A DNA stretch of 64,000 nt from Pseudomonadota bacterium (GTDB lineage: Bacteria; Desulfobacterota; Desulfobulbia; Desulfobulbales; VMSU01): NCBI GenBank assembly GCA_031400755.1, contig JANNQL010000246.1, forward strand, positions 1,008 through 65,007. The letters are read 5' to 3'. This document shows, in pieces, positions 1-10,349 of this stretch. Below the pieces are notes generated by a model. That model did not search any database. It had not been told where the DNA came from and saw only the letters and a program-made list of their open reading frames with translations. Position numbers and translations under genes: made by a program. How positions within the stretch are numbered: position 1 is the stretch's first letter; every line of letters begins with the position of its first letter.

Positions 1-1584
1 TTTCCAGATCGATTTAGCATCGAAACTGGTGGTGAGGAGGAAAGTACCGCCCTCTTCCAGGTAGGACAGCATGTCGTATTTGTCGAGGAAGGAGAAATTG
101 TGGCAGGCGATAAAGTTTGCCTTGTCGATCAGATAGGGGGCCACCACTGGGTTTTTACCAAAACGCAGGTGGCTGGTGGTGATCGAGCCGGATTTCTTCG
201 AATCGTAAACAAAGTATCCTTGGGCTGAGTTGTCGGTCTCGGTGCCGATGATCTTGATGGTGTTCTTGTTGGCGCCGACGGTGCCATCGGCGCCCAGACC
301 GTAGAACATGGCGCGGTAGACGTCCTTGCCCTCAATATTAAAGGAGGGATTGTACTTGAGGCTGGTGCGGGCCACGTCGTCGTCCGGTCCGACGCAGAAG
401 TGATTTTTTGGTTTCTTGGCGACCATGTTGTCAAACACTGCCTTGACCATGGCTGGAGTAAACTCGGCAGAGCCAAGGCCGAAGCGGCCGCCAAGGAAGA
501 TCGGGGACTTTTTTAGTGTTCCGGCTTCTACTGCTTCACCTACTGCGGCGCGGACATCAAGATAAAGCGGGTCGCCAGTGCTTCCCGGCTCCTTGGTGCG
601 GTCGAGGACGGTGATCCTTTGGGTGGTCTTGGGCAGGGCCTTAACCAGGGCATTGCAGTCGAACGGGCGGAACAGGCGGACGATAACCAAGCCGACTTTC
701 TTGCCCTTCTTGATCAAGTGGTCGATGGTCGCGGCAACGGTTTCTGCGCCTGAGCCCATCATGATGACAACGTCGGTGGCATTGGGGGAGCCGTGGTAGT
801 CGAACAGATGGTATTTGCGGCCAGTGAGTTTGGCGAATTTGTCCATGGTCTTCTGGACGATGGACGGGCAGGCAGTGTAATACTTGTTCGTGGTCTCACG
901 GGCAGTAAAGTTGACATCCGGATTTTGGGCAGTGCCCCGGATCATCGGACGGTCCGGGGTCAGACCGCGCAGGCGGTGGGCAACGATCAAGTCCTCATCG
1001 ATGATGGCGCGCATGTCGTCAAAGCTGAGCTGCTCGACCTTCTGGATTTCGTGGGAGGTCCGGAAACCATCAAAGAAATGCATGAAGGGGATGCGGCTCT
1101 TCAAAGAGGCCTGGGTGGCGATCAGGGCCATGTCCTGGCATTCCTGAACATTTTGCGAGGAGAGCATGGCCCAGCCGGTCTGTCTGGCGGCCATGACGTC
1201 GCTTTGGTCACCGAAGATAGACAGACCCTGGCCGGCGATGGCCCGGGCCGTGATATGGAAGACAGTTGGGGTCAGTTCGCCGGCGATTTTATACATGTTG
1301 GGGATCATCAGCAACAGCCCCTGCGAGGCGGTGAAGGTGGTGCACAAGGCGCCGGTGGTGAGCGATCCATGCAGGGCGCCGGCCACGCCTCCTTCGGACT
1401 GCATCTGGGTGACAACCGGCACCGAGCCCCAGATGTTTTCCTGGTGGGCGGCGGCCTTGGTGTCTGATTCCGCTGCCATCGGCGTCGATGGGGTGATGGG
1501 GTAGATGGTGATGACCTCACTGGTCGCATAGGCCACATGGGTGCAGGCCTGATTTCCATCAATGGTTACCATTTTTCGGGACAT
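1..1584 (-). CDS. nifJ: Pyruvate:ferredoxin (flavodoxin) oxidoreductase, single-polypeptide PFOR/NifJ type; N-terminal 528 codons, 3' end lies beyond the window start
   Basis: Absent from the ORF track because it runs off the edge. My minus-strand translation from ATG at 1582..1584 (AGGAGG-type RBS just upstream) gives [38 protein letters not shown]...[20 protein letters not shown]...[19 protein letters not shown]. These are the typical PFOR N-terminal domains. Confidence 0.85.
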   Translation of the reverse strand, partial: [528 protein letters not shown]

Positions 1585-1970
1585 AGTTTCCTCCTGTGCT
1601 TTAGTAATTTTGAATATGATTAATAACGATAACTTAAATTGTCATTTTAGAGGTGGGTGACGGCAACCTGCCGATTATTTCCTGAAGGCCAGGAGGATGT
1701 CGCACCCTGTGCTTGAATGGGCCGTGCTGACGACGATGTATTTCCTTTGAAAGTATGGAAGGACGGCACGGTACGCGATACAATTTTGTCTCATTAAAAT
1801 AAGGTGACCTGCAAATAGAATAAAAAAATTATTAAAAGTAAATGATTGTTTTTAATAATATCTAGTTTTTTTGTGTCGTTGTCATCCTATCGCTTAGTTT
1901 TGACTTTTATAACCCTTCGCCAGGGAGCTGAGTCGGCCACACAGGGAGCGCTCGTTTCCTGTGAATTGTT

Positions 1971-2927
1971 CTAGATCTGTTGATCAGTGACTGATTGTTC
2001 TGCGCCAAGGGTTTGAACTAGGTCTACCAATGCTTCAAAGGAGGGGAGGGCAAAGATCTGATTGCGGATGGCAGCCCCACCATGGGCGCCTTTGAAATAG
2101 CGGCAGGCGGTACTCTTGATGTGGCCGAGCAGGCGCTCGGTCGGCAGGAATTGGGCAATCAGGGCCAGGTGGCGGCTGAGGGCTGAGGTGCGCAAGGCCA
2201 TGGTGACCAGCGGTGGCTCCGGGGCAAAAACCCAAGGGGCGCCGAGGGCGGCGCGACCGATCATTACCCCGTCGCAGCCGGTTGTGGCCATCATCTTTTG
2301 GCCATCCTCGTAACTGCCGAGGTCGCCGTTGCCGATGACCGGGATGCCGACCGATCTCTTGACAGCGGCGATGACCTCCCAGTCCACCGTGCCTCCGAAG
2401 CCGTCCGACCAGGTCCGGGCATGGACGGTGACGGCTTGGGCCCCGGCCTCTTCGGCCATTTGGGCAAACTCGGGGGCGTTGATGCGGTCATGGCTCCAGC
2501 CGGAGCGGATCTTGACGGTCACCGGCTTGTCGGTGTTGGCCACCACCTGGCGGATGATCTCACGGGCCAGGCCAGGGGCCTTCATCAAGGCCGAGCCCGC
2601 CCCCTTCTTAATCACTTTTTTGACCGGGCAGCCCATATTGATGTCGATGATGTCGATGGGATGACTCGATACCATGGCCGCAGCCCGGCCCATGACCGAG
2701 GGCTCGGCGCCGAAGAGTTGGATGGCCACTGGCCGTTCCGCAGGGCAGGTGGACAGCATGGCATAAGTCTTGTCCTGCTCGTAGGTGAGGCCATGGCAGC
2801 TGATCATTTCGGAAAAGCAGCAGCCTGCCCCGTATTGCCGGCAGAGCAGGCGAAAGGGCAGGTCTGTGTAGCCGGCCAGCGGGGCCAGGATAAAGGGGTT
2901 GTCGAGCTGGACTGGGCCGATGCGCAT
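1971..2927 (-). CDS. dus: tRNA-dihydrouridine synthase
   Basis: 318 aa; MRIGPVQLDNPFILAPLAGYTDLPFRLLCR..., DINMGCP and VKIR motifs of the Dus TIM-barrel family. Confidence 0.85.
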   Translation of the reverse strand: MRIGPVQLDNPFILAPLAGYTDLPFRLLCRQYGAGCCFSEMISCHGLTYEQDKTYAMLSTCPAERPVAIQLFGAEPSVMGRAAAMVSSHPIDIIDINMGCPVKKVIKKGAGSALMKAPGLAREIIRQVVANTDKPVTVKIRSGWSHDRINAPEFAQMAEEAGAQAVTVHARTWSDGFGGTVDWEVIAAVKRSVGIPVIGNGDLGSYEDGQKMMATTGCDGVMIGRAALGAPWVFAPEPPLVTMALRTSALSRHLALIAQFLPTERLLGHIKSTACRYFKGAHGGAAIRNQIFALPSFEALVDLVQTLGAEQSVTDQQI

Positions 2928-3004
2928 GGGAAAGGGTGGGGAGGGTGCAGGTGGAAGGGTGATGGTGGTGGTGCCTTGAACTTTTATTTAAATTTTTGGA
3001 ATTT

Positions 3005-3041
3005 GCCCTTTCCCTTCTCCCGGGGGGAGAAGGGAAAGGGC
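3005..3041 (-). terminator. Terminator-like hairpin just downstream of tkt
   Basis: Perfect 16-bp stem GCCCTTTCCCTTCTCC / GGAGAAGGGAAAGGGC with a 5-nt loop, 11 nt after the tkt stop. There is no clean U-tract on the minus strand, so confidence is moderate. Confidence 0.4.
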
Positions 3042-3051
3042 TACCTGCGCG

Positions 3052-5049
3052 CTACTTTTTTGCCACTGCCTGGACCGCCTTGACCACATTGTCCTTGGTG
3101 ATGCCTAAATACTCGAACAGGACCTCGGCGGGGGCGGATTCGCCGAAGCGGTCGATACCGATGACGCGGCCTTCGAGACCAACGTACTTGCGCCAATAGT
3201 CGGTGACGCCGGCCTCGACAGCGACCCTTGGGGTGCCGGGCGGCAGGACGGATTCCTTGTACATTTCGTCCTGGGCGTCGAAGCGATTCGGGCAGGGCAT
3301 GGACACCACCCGCACCTGGCCGCCGTTGGCGTTCAGTTCGGCGGCGGCGGCGACCGCAAGCTCGATCTCGGAACCGCAGGCGATGATCACCGCCTGCGGG
3401 GCGCCTTGCGGACAATCGGCAAGGACATAGGCCCCGCGTGTGATGTCGTTGATCTGGGCATTGGTGCGGGCCTGATGGGGCAGATTCTGGCGAGAGAAGA
3501 GCAGCGAACTGGGGCCGGTCTTATGTTCAAGCGCCGTCTTCCAGGCCACTGCGGATTCGACGCCGTCACAGGGCCGCCAGACCTGCATGTTGGGGATCAT
3601 TCTGAGCGTTGCCGCTTGCTCCACCGCCTGGTGGGTGGGGCCGTCTTCGCCGAGGCCGATGGAGTCGTGGGTAAAGACGAAGATGCCTTGGATTTTCATC
3701 AGGGCCGCCATGCGCAGGGCATTTCTGGCGTATTCGGAGAACATCAAAAAAGTGGCGCCATAGGGGATGAAGCCGCCGTGCAGGACGATGCCGTTCATTA
3801 TGGCGGCCATGCCAAATTCGCGGACGCCAAAAAAGATGGTGTTGCCACCGGCCTCATCCATGATATTCTTGCTGCCCTTCCAGAGGGTCAGATTGGAGCA
3901 GGCCAAGTCGGCGGAACCGCCGATCAGTTCAGGGAGCAGTGGGCTGAAACCGTTTAGGGCATTCTGCGAGGCCTTGCGGGTCGCCACCTTTTCGGCCTTG
4001 TCGTTGACGGCCTGGACAAAGGCCGTGGCCCCTTCCTGCCAGCTGGCGGGCAGTTCGCCGTTTAAGCGGCGGCCCAGTTCCCGGGCCAGGTCCGGGTGCT
4101 CTTTGCTATAGCTCTCAAAAAGTCTTTGCCAGTCGGCCTCAAGCTTCTGGCCCTTGTCCTTGGCGTTCCAGCCTTGGTAGACCTCGGACGGGATCTCGAA
4201 AGGGGCATGGGGCCAGCCGATGGCATGGCGGACGAGAGCGATTTCTTCAGCGCCAAGCGGCGAGCCATGGGACTCTTCCTTGCCTTGTTTGTTGGGTGAG
4301 CCCCAGCCGATGATGGTCTGGCAGCAGATCAAAGACGGCTTGTCGCTTACCGCCTTGGCTTGGAGAATGGCCTGGTGTACAGCCTCCGGGTCATGACCGT
4401 CAACCACGGGGATGACATGCCAGCCATAGGCCTCAAAGCGCTTGGGGGTGTTGTCGGCGAACCAGCCGGAGACCTCGCCGTCGATGCTGATGCCGTTGTC
4501 GTCGTAGACGGCGATCAATTTGCCGAGTCCCAAGGTGCCGGCCAGGGAGCAGACCTCGTGGGAGATGCCCTCCATCATGCAGCCGTCGCCTAAAAAGCAA
4601 TAGGTGTAATGGTCGATGATGGTGTGCCCCGGCCGGTTGAATTGGCCGGCCATGGTTCGTTCGGCGATAGCCATGCCGACGGCGTTGGCAATGCCCTGGC
4701 CCAAGGGCCCGGTGGTGGTCTCCACCCCTGGGGCGTAGCCGTATTCCGGATGCCCTGGGGTCTTGGCATGCAGCTGCCGGAAATTTTTGATCTCGTTGAT
4801 ATCGAGGTCATAGCCGCTCAGGTGCAAGAGCGAGTAAAGCAGCATGGAGCCATGGCCGTTGGACAGCACGAAACGGTCGCGGTTGGCCCATTTGGGGTTG
4901 GTGGGGTTATGGTGCAAAAAATCGTTCCACAGGACTTCGGCAATGTCCGCCATGCCCATCGGCGCACCGGGATGACCGGACTTGGCTTTCTGGATGGCGT
5001 CCATGCTCAGGGCGCGGATGGCGTTGGCGAGGTGGCGGCGGGATGTCAT
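3052..5049 (-). CDS. tkt: Transketolase
   Basis: 665 aa; [28 protein letters not shown] (ThDP motif), full-length collinear with bacterial Tkt. Confidence 0.95.
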   Translation of the reverse strand: MTSRRHLANAIRALSMDAIQKAKSGHPGAPMGMADIAEVLWNDFLHHNPTNPKWANRDRFVLSNGHGSMLLYSLLHLSGYDLDINEIKNFRQLHAKTPGHPEYGYAPGVETTTGPLGQGIANAVGMAIAERTMAGQFNRPGHTIIDHYTYCFLGDGCMMEGISHEVCSLAGTLGLGKLIAVYDDNGISIDGEVSGWFADNTPKRFEAYGWHVIPVVDGHDPEAVHQAILQAKAVSDKPSLICCQTIIGWGSPNKQGKEESHGSPLGAEEIALVRHAIGWPHAPFEIPSEVYQGWNAKDKGQKLEADWQRLFESYSKEHPDLARELGRRLNGELPASWQEGATAFVQAVNDKAEKVATRKASQNALNGFSPLLPELIGGSADLACSNLTLWKGSKNIMDEAGGNTIFFGVREFGMAAIMNGIVLHGGFIPYGATFLMFSEYARNALRMAALMKIQGIFVFTHDSIGLGEDGPTHQAVEQAATLRMIPNMQVWRPCDGVESAVAWKTALEHKTGPSSLLFSRQNLPHQARTNAQINDITRGAYVLADCPQGAPQAVIIACGSEIELAVAAAAELNANGGQVRVVSMPCPNRFDAQDEMYKESVLPPGTPRVAVEAGVTDYWRKYVGLEGRVIGIDRFGESAPAEVLFEYLGITKDNVVKAVQAVAKK

Positions 5050-5076
5050 GGAATTTCCTCCAAAAGAGTAAAAAAA

Positions 5077-5625
5077 TTATTTGCTGACCGGCGTGGGGCT
5101 CGGTCGCATCATAGTATTAATCAGATACAGATAGATTTCTTCGGCGAAATCATCGGCAATTATTTTTAATGCGTCATTTCGCTTGGCCTGGAGCTGCATT
5201 GGGTCTTGGCTCATATAAAAGGTCTGTTGGCGGGTGGCCCCCTTTTTTTGCCAGACGATCTGACCGCTTTTCCTGTCTTCGATGGCGTAACTGACCGTAA
5301 GTTCGGCCCGGCCCTCGGTCCCTTCCCGGTACGTGCCAAATGAAATTTCCGGGTAGGTGACCCGGTCGATGCTCCCGGTCAATTTGTAGTCAGCCAACGC
5401 TGTCGAATCAGTCAAAGAGATGAGCGGGCTCTTCCTCAGCCAATCGGACTGGGCCTGGAACAGGGTGTTGCCGAGGCCCATTTCATTCGTTTTGTTCGAC
5501 CACATGGACCGGTGCAGGGAAATTGGTTGATTGCCTTTGACCATGTAGGGGTTGTAATAGCCACACCCTGACATGACCAAGACGATGAAGGCCAGGAGCA
5601 GTTTGCTGAGTTTGTGGATGACCAT
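5077..5625 (-). CDS. lptE: LptE (RlpB)-like outer-membrane LPS-assembly lipoprotein
   Basis: 182 aa; lipobox LVMSGC. Sits immediately downstream of leuS, the conserved leuS-lptE synteny. The sequence itself is weakly diagnostic. Confidence 0.55.
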   Translation of the reverse strand: MVIHKLSKLLLAFIVLVMSGCGYYNPYMVKGNQPISLHRSMWSNKTNEMGLGNTLFQAQSDWLRKSPLISLTDSTALADYKLTGSIDRVTYPEISFGTYREGTEGRAELTVSYAIEDRKSGQIVWQKKGATRQQTFYMSQDPMQLQAKRNDALKIIADDFAEEIYLYLINTMMRPSPTPVSK

Positions 5626-5660
5626 AAAAAGTATGCCTTTTTTGTAACTACTCAGGTTGT

Positions 5661-5777
5661 TTAGGTTGAAGGCTGAAGACTGTTAGCAAAAGAGAACTTA
5701 AGAAAGGCAAGGGCAGTAATCTCCATACATTGTAAAAGTACCGCCAGCCCTTCAGCCTAATAGCCTTCAGTCTATCG
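5661..5777. repeat. Inverted pair of heptamer-phased GGCTGAAG repeats between leuS and lptE
   Basis: 5661..5692 TTAGGTTGAAGGCTGAAGACTGTTAGCAAAAG; inverted partner 5747..5777 GCCCTTCAGCCTAATAGCCTTCAGTCTATCG. Confidence 0.6.
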
Positions 5778-5798
5778 ACCTGAGCAGTTACCCTTTTG

Positions 5799-8264
5799 TC
5801 AGACGACAATATTGACGAGCTTGTCCTTGACCACGATAATCTTACGGATTGGGCCTTGGCCAAGGTATTTTTCGACCCGTTCATCGGCCAGGGCCATTTC
5901 TTTCAGCTGTTCCTCGCTGGTGCCGACTGGGACCTGTAAGCGGCTGCGGACCTTGCCGCAGATCTGGATGACAATGGTAAGTTCGTCCTCTTTGGCCGCC
6001 TCGGGGTCAAAGGCAGGCCAGGCCATCGTGTCCAAGGACTCGCTGTGGCCGGTCATGCGCCAGAGTTCGGCGCAGATATGGGGGACCATAGGGTAGAGCA
6101 GTTTGATGACGGTGTCGATGGCGAAGCGGACCACGGACGGATGGGCTTGGTCCTGGGTGGTCAGGACATTCATCAGCTCCATGACCGAGCTGATGCAGGT
6201 GTTGAAATGGAAATTATTTTCAATGTCGGTCGAAAACTTCTGGATGGTCTGGTGGGTCTTGCGTTGCAAGAGGCGGCTTTCGCCATCCAGGGTCGTCTCT
6301 GGCGTGGCCTCGGTCTGTTTATTGCTGCTGTTGGCGGCCACGAAGCGGTAGAGTTTGCTCAAAAATCGGGAGGAACCCTCCACCCCCTGGTCGTTCCATT
6401 CCAGGTCCCGTTCCGGCGGCGCGGCAAACAGGCCAAACAGCCGGACGGTGTCGGCCCCGTACTGCTTGACCAGGGTGTCCGGGTCAACGACGTTGCCTTT
6501 CGATTTGCTCATCTTGGTGCCGTCTTTGATGACCATGCCCTGGGTCAGGAGGTTGGTAAAGGGCTCGTCAATCGTCAGGTAGCCCACGTCGCGCATGGCC
6601 TTGGTGAAGAAGCGGGAGTAGAGGAGGTGAAGGATGGCGTGCTCAACCCCGCCGATATACTGGTCCACCGGCAGCCAGTAGTTGGCCGCGGCCATGTCCA
6701 CCATGCCGCCTTGGAAGCGGGGCGAGGTGTAACGGGCGTAGTACCATGATGACTCGACAAAGGTGTCCATGGTGTCGGTCTCGCGGCGGGCCCGGCCACC
6801 GCAACGCGGGCAGGTGGTGCTAAAGAAGCTCTCCATGGTATGCAGCGGCGATTTGCCGGACTGGTCAAACTGGACATCGGTGGGCAGGAGGACAGGCAGG
6901 TCAGCCGAGGCCACCGGCTGGATGCCGCAGGCCTCGCAGGTCAGCATCGGGATTGGCGCCCCCCAGTAACGCTGCCTGGAGATCCCCCAGTCGCGCAGCC
7001 GGAAGGTGGTCTGGGCTTTGCCGAACCCCTTGGCCGCAGCCTTGGCGGTGATGGCCTTTTTGGCCGCCTCATTGTCTATGCCGGAGAATTCAGCGGAATC
7101 AATCAAGGCGCCAGGACCTTCATAGGCGGCGTTGCTCGGCAGCTCACCCGATTCGGGCTGAATGACCGGTTTGATCGCTAAGCCGTATTTACAGGCGAAC
7201 TCATAGTCCCGCTGGTCATGGGCCGGCACCGCCATGACGGCGCCGGTGCCATACTCCATCAGCACGAAGTTGGCGGCATAGATCGGTAGACGTTCATTGG
7301 TAAAGGGATTTAAACAGTAACTGCCGGTGAAGACCCCGGCCTTGTCGAGGACGTCCTCGTAGTTGGCCCGTTGCTTGGCGTTTCTGGTCTCTTCGACAAA
7401 GGTCCGCACCTGCTCTTCCTGGGCCGTGCCCCGGCACAGTTCGTCAAGCAGTGGGTGCTCCGGGGCGATGGACATGAAGGTGGCCCCGAAGATGGTGTCT
7501 GGCCGGGTGGTGAAGATGGGCAGGCGTTTGCTCGAGTTCTCAATGGCGAAATCAATAGAGGCGCCGACGCTCTTGCCGATCCAATGGCGTTGCATGGTCA
7601 GGACCTTATCCGGCCAGCCTGGCATGTTGTCAAGTTCGGCCAGCAGTTCGTCTGCGTAGTCGGTGATCTTGAAGAACCAGCCATTCATCTCGCGCGGCAT
7701 GACCTTGTGATCACAGCGCCAGCAGGCGCCCTCAATGACCTGTTCGTTGGCCAGCACCGTCTGGCAGGGTTCGCACCAGTTGACAGTGGTCATTTTGCGG
7801 TAGACCAGCCCCTTATTATAAAGGTCGATGAAGAATTGCTGTTCCCAGCGGTAGTAGTCGCTGTTGCAGGTCGCCACTTCCCGGTCCCAGTCATAGCTGA
7901 AGCCCATGCGGCGTAACTGGTTCTTCATATAGGCGATATTTTCAAGGGTCCACTTGGCGGGATGGGTATTATGCTTGATGGCGGCATTTTCAGCCGGCAG
8001 ACCAAAGGCGTCCCAACCCATCGGGTGCAGGACGTTAAAGCCCTTCATCCGCTTGTAGCGGGCGATGACATCGCCGATCGTGTAATTTCTGACGTGTCCC
8101 ATGTGAATCCGACCGGAGGGGTAGGGGAACATCTCGAGCAGATAGTATTTCGGCAGGCTCTGGTCTTCGCTGACTTTGAAGGTGGCTTTATTCTGCCATT
8201 CACTTTGCCATTTGGTCTCAATGGCGGCAAAATCGTAAGTAAGGGTTTCGTCGATGGTCATGGG
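5799..8264 (-). CDS. leuS: Leucyl-tRNA synthetase
   Basis: HMGH ([10 protein letters not shown]) and KMSKS (TKMSKSKGN) class-I signatures. I place the start at [11 protein letters not shown] (8264). The 26 upstream codons of the track ORF are translated repeat DNA ([10 protein letters not shown]). Confidence 0.93.
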   Translation of the reverse strand, partial: PMTIDETLTYDFAAIETKWQSEWQNKATFKVSEDQSLPKYYLLEMFPYPSGRIHMGHVRNYTIGDVIARYKRMKGFNVLHPMGWDAFGLPAENAAIKHNTHPAKWTLENIAYMKNQLRRMGFSYDWDREVATCNSDYYRWEQQFFIDLYNKGLVYRKMTTVNWCEPCQTVLANEQVIEGACWRCDHKVMPREMNGWFFKITDYADELLAELDNMPGWPDKVLTMQRHWIGKSVGASIDFAIENSSKRLPIFTTRPDTIFGATFMSIAPEHPLLDELCRGTAQEEQVRTFVEETRNAKQRANYEDVLDKAGVFTGSYCLNPFTNERLPIYAANFVLMEYGTGAVMAVPAHDQRDYEFACKYGLAIKPVIQPESGELPSNAAYEGPGALIDSAEFSGIDNEAAKKAITAKAAAKGFGKAQTTFRLRDWGISRQRYWGAPIPMLTCEACGIQPVASADLPVLLPTDVQFDQSGKSPLHTMESFFSTTCPRCGGRARRETDTMDTFVESSWYYARYTSPRFQGGMVDMAAANYWLPVDQYIGGVEHAILHLLYSRFFTKAMRDVGYLTIDEPFTNLLTQGMVIKDGTKMSKSKGNVVDPDTLVKQYGADTVRLFGLFAAPPERDLEWNDQGVEGSSRFLSKLYRFVAANSSNKQTEATPETTLDGESRLLQRKTHQTIQKFSTDIENNFHFNTCISSVMELMNVLTTQDQAHPSVVRFAIDTVIKLLYPMVPHICAELWRMTGHSESLDTMAWPAFDPEAAKEDELTIVIQICGKVRSRLQVPVGTSEEQLKEMALADERVEKYLGQGPIRKIIVVKDKLVNIVV

Positions 8265-8266
8265 TA

Positions 8267-8386
8267 TTTTAGGCTGTAGACTATTAGGCTGTAGACTGTA
8301 GGGTTTGTTATCGCAACGAAAAGAATAGCAGATAAAGGCCATTTTTTGGTGTTTTTGCTAACAGTCTAAACACCTACAGCCTATCC
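8267..8386. repeat. Inverted pair of heptamer-phased GGCTGTAG repeats between dnaB and leuS
   Basis: 8267..8306 TTTTAGGCTGTAGACTATTAGGCTGTAGACTGTAGGG; inverted partner 8357..8386 GCTAACAGTCTAAACACCTACAGCCTATCC. Confidence 0.6.
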
Positions 8387-8394
8387 ACCTTTTG

Positions 8395-9765
8395 TTAATG
8401 TTCTCCTGCCTGATACTTCTGCTGGACCAGATTCTCAAAGGTGGTGATGGTATTAAGAAAGGCCAGGTCAAGCGTGCCGGTGGGGCCATTACGCTGTTTG
8501 CCGATGATGACCTCGGCAATGCCCCGCCGTGGATTGTCCGGCGACTTGTTATATACCTCATCGCGATAGATGAAGCAAATGACATCGGCGTCCTGCTCAA
8601 TGGCCCCGGATTCGCGCAGGTCAGAGAGCATCGGACGTTTATCGGTCCGGCTTTCCAGGCTGCGGTTGAGCTGGGAGAGGGCAATCACCGGGATGTGCAG
8701 TTCCTTGGCCATGGCCTTCAGCGAACGGGAGATTTCGCTGATTTCCTGTTCGCGGCTGTCGGTGTTACGACCGCGCATCAACTGGAGATAGTCCACCACC
8801 ACCAGGCCGATATCGAACTCTGATTTCAGCCTGCGGGTCTTGGCCCGCATCTCAAGGACCGAGATGGCCGGGGTATCGTCGATAAAGATCGGGGCCTTGG
8901 CCAGCATACCGGTGGCCCGCACCAGTTTTGGCCAGTCGTGGTCGTTTAGGTGCCCGGTGCGCAGACGGCTCGAATCAACCCGGCTGATAGAACAGAGCAT
9001 CCTCATCGCCAGTTGTTCCTTGGCCATTTCCAGGCTGAAGACGGCGGCCGGCACCTTGCCGAGCATGGCGGCGTTTTGGACTATGTTCATGGCAAAGGCG
9101 GTCTTGCCCATGCTGGGCCGGCCGGCGATGATGATCAGGTCGGACGATTGCAGTCCGGCGGTAATTCTGTCAAATTCGTCATAGCCGCTGGGGACACCGG
9201 TGATCATCTCGCGCCGCTCAGACAGCTTTTCGACGTTTTCAAAGGTCTTTTTGATGATTTCGCTCATCGGCGAAAAGGCCTGATTGCTCTTGGCGCTGGA
9301 GATGTCGAAGACGGTCTGTTCGACGCTGTCGAGGAGGAGCTCGATGTCTTCCTGCTCTTCGTAACAGCGGCCGGCGATCTCGCTGGAGGTCTGGATCAGC
9401 TGGCGGAGGATGCTCTTGTCGCGAACAATCTTGGCGTAATAGGCGATGTTGGCAGAGACCGGGACAATATCAGTCAGGCCGGAGAGATAGGCCGGGCCGC
9501 CGACTTCATCGAGCTTGTGCCCGTCTTTTAAGCAATTGGTGATGGTGATGATGTCAAGCGGTTCGGACTTTTGAAAGAGGGAGAGCATCGCCCCATAGAT
9601 CGACTGATGGGTGGGCTTGTAGAAATCGTCAGGCTTGAGCAGGTCGGCAATTTTATCGATGGCACCTTGGCGGAGCAGGATTGAGCCGAGAACGCATTGC
9701 TCGGCTTCGATATTTTGCGGCGGCAACCGATGCATTGAAGCAGAAACAGGCATAGCTGGTCCCAT
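8395..9765 (-). CDS. dnaB: Replicative DNA helicase DnaB
   Basis: 456 aa; PPQNIEAEQCVLGSILL N-terminal motif, Walker A GRPSMGKTAF, VVVDYLQLM. No intein. Confidence 0.95.
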   Translation of the reverse strand: MGPAMPVSASMHRLPPQNIEAEQCVLGSILLRQGAIDKIADLLKPDDFYKPTHQSIYGAMLSLFQKSEPLDIITITNCLKDGHKLDEVGGPAYLSGLTDIVPVSANIAYYAKIVRDKSILRQLIQTSSEIAGRCYEEQEDIELLLDSVEQTVFDISSAKSNQAFSPMSEIIKKTFENVEKLSERREMITGVPSGYDEFDRITAGLQSSDLIIIAGRPSMGKTAFAMNIVQNAAMLGKVPAAVFSLEMAKEQLAMRMLCSISRVDSSRLRTGHLNDHDWPKLVRATGMLAKAPIFIDDTPAISVLEMRAKTRRLKSEFDIGLVVVDYLQLMRGRNTDSREQEISEISRSLKAMAKELHIPVIALSQLNRSLESRTDKRPMLSDLRESGAIEQDADVICFIYRDEVYNKSPDNPRRGIAEVIIGKQRNGPTGTLDLAFLNTITTFENLVQQKYQAGEH

Positions 9766-9880
9766 GGCGCAATCCTATTGGCTAAGCCATATTGCCTAAA
9801 AAAAGATGAGGGGCAGGGTAAAATTAAATACTGGCCCCCCCCACGGTTGTGGGAGGGAGCCAGGGCAGGGCGGACAAGAA

Positions 9881-10330
9881 TTACACCGCCTGCGGAATGA
9901 TATTGACTTTAACTTTAGCAGAGACCTGGTAGCCAACCTTGACAATGAACGAGGTCTCGCCAATCGTCTTGATCGGTTCATCAAGGACGATTTTGCGACG
10001 GTCAATGACCAGTCCTTGCTCGGCCAGTTTGTCAGCCAAGTCACTGGAGGTGACAGAACCGTACAATTTATTTTCATCACCGACCCGTTTTTCGATGGTG
10101 ATGACGCATGCCTCGAGTTTTTTGGCCAAGGCCTCAGCCTCGTCACGTTGCTGTTTCCGGCGGGCGTCGATGGCCACTTTTTCGATGGCCAACTGGGCCA
10201 GGTTTCCCTTGCTGGCGGTAATGGCCATGCCCTGCGGCAGGAGGAAATTACGGCCGTATCCTGGCTTTACTTTGACGACATCGCCTTCCTCGCCTAAGTT
10301 GTCAACGGTTTGTTTTAGAATTAATTGCAT
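9881..10330 (-). CDS. rplI: 50S ribosomal protein L9
   Basis: 149 aa; MQLILKQTVDNLGEEGDVVKVKPGYGRNFLLPQGMA. Confidence 0.92.
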   Translation of the reverse strand: MQLILKQTVDNLGEEGDVVKVKPGYGRNFLLPQGMAITASKGNLAQLAIEKVAIDARRKQQRDEAEALAKKLEACVITIEKRVGDENKLYGSVTSSDLADKLAEQGLVIDRRKIVLDEPIKTIGETSFIVKVGYQVSAKVKVNIIPQAV

Positions 10331-10349
10331 TGTAGTGCCTCTTCTATGT

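Noticed and set aside
793-1467. Long ORFs antisense to clearly conserved genes. Examples: 793..1467(+), 2298..3083(+), 4609..5169(+), 6045..6749(+), 27386..28189(+), 33557..34252(-), 44015..44551(-), 44585..45229(-), 60651..61274(-), 62513..63361(+).
   Set aside because: Each lies opposite a gene with unmistakable family motifs. Their translations are low-complexity, Gly/Arg/Ala/Pro-rich 'shadow' sequences with no motifs. This is typical of open antisense frames in GC-biased coding DNA.
8265-8342. N-terminal extensions of track ORFs: leuS to 8342, rlmN to 44034, VanZ-like to 42090, RR to 55859, ftsB to 20897, rpsF to 12079
   Set aside because: The extensions run through repeat elements, RBS sequences or the preceding gene's end. 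Family-typical N-termini start at internal Met codons, which I used instead.
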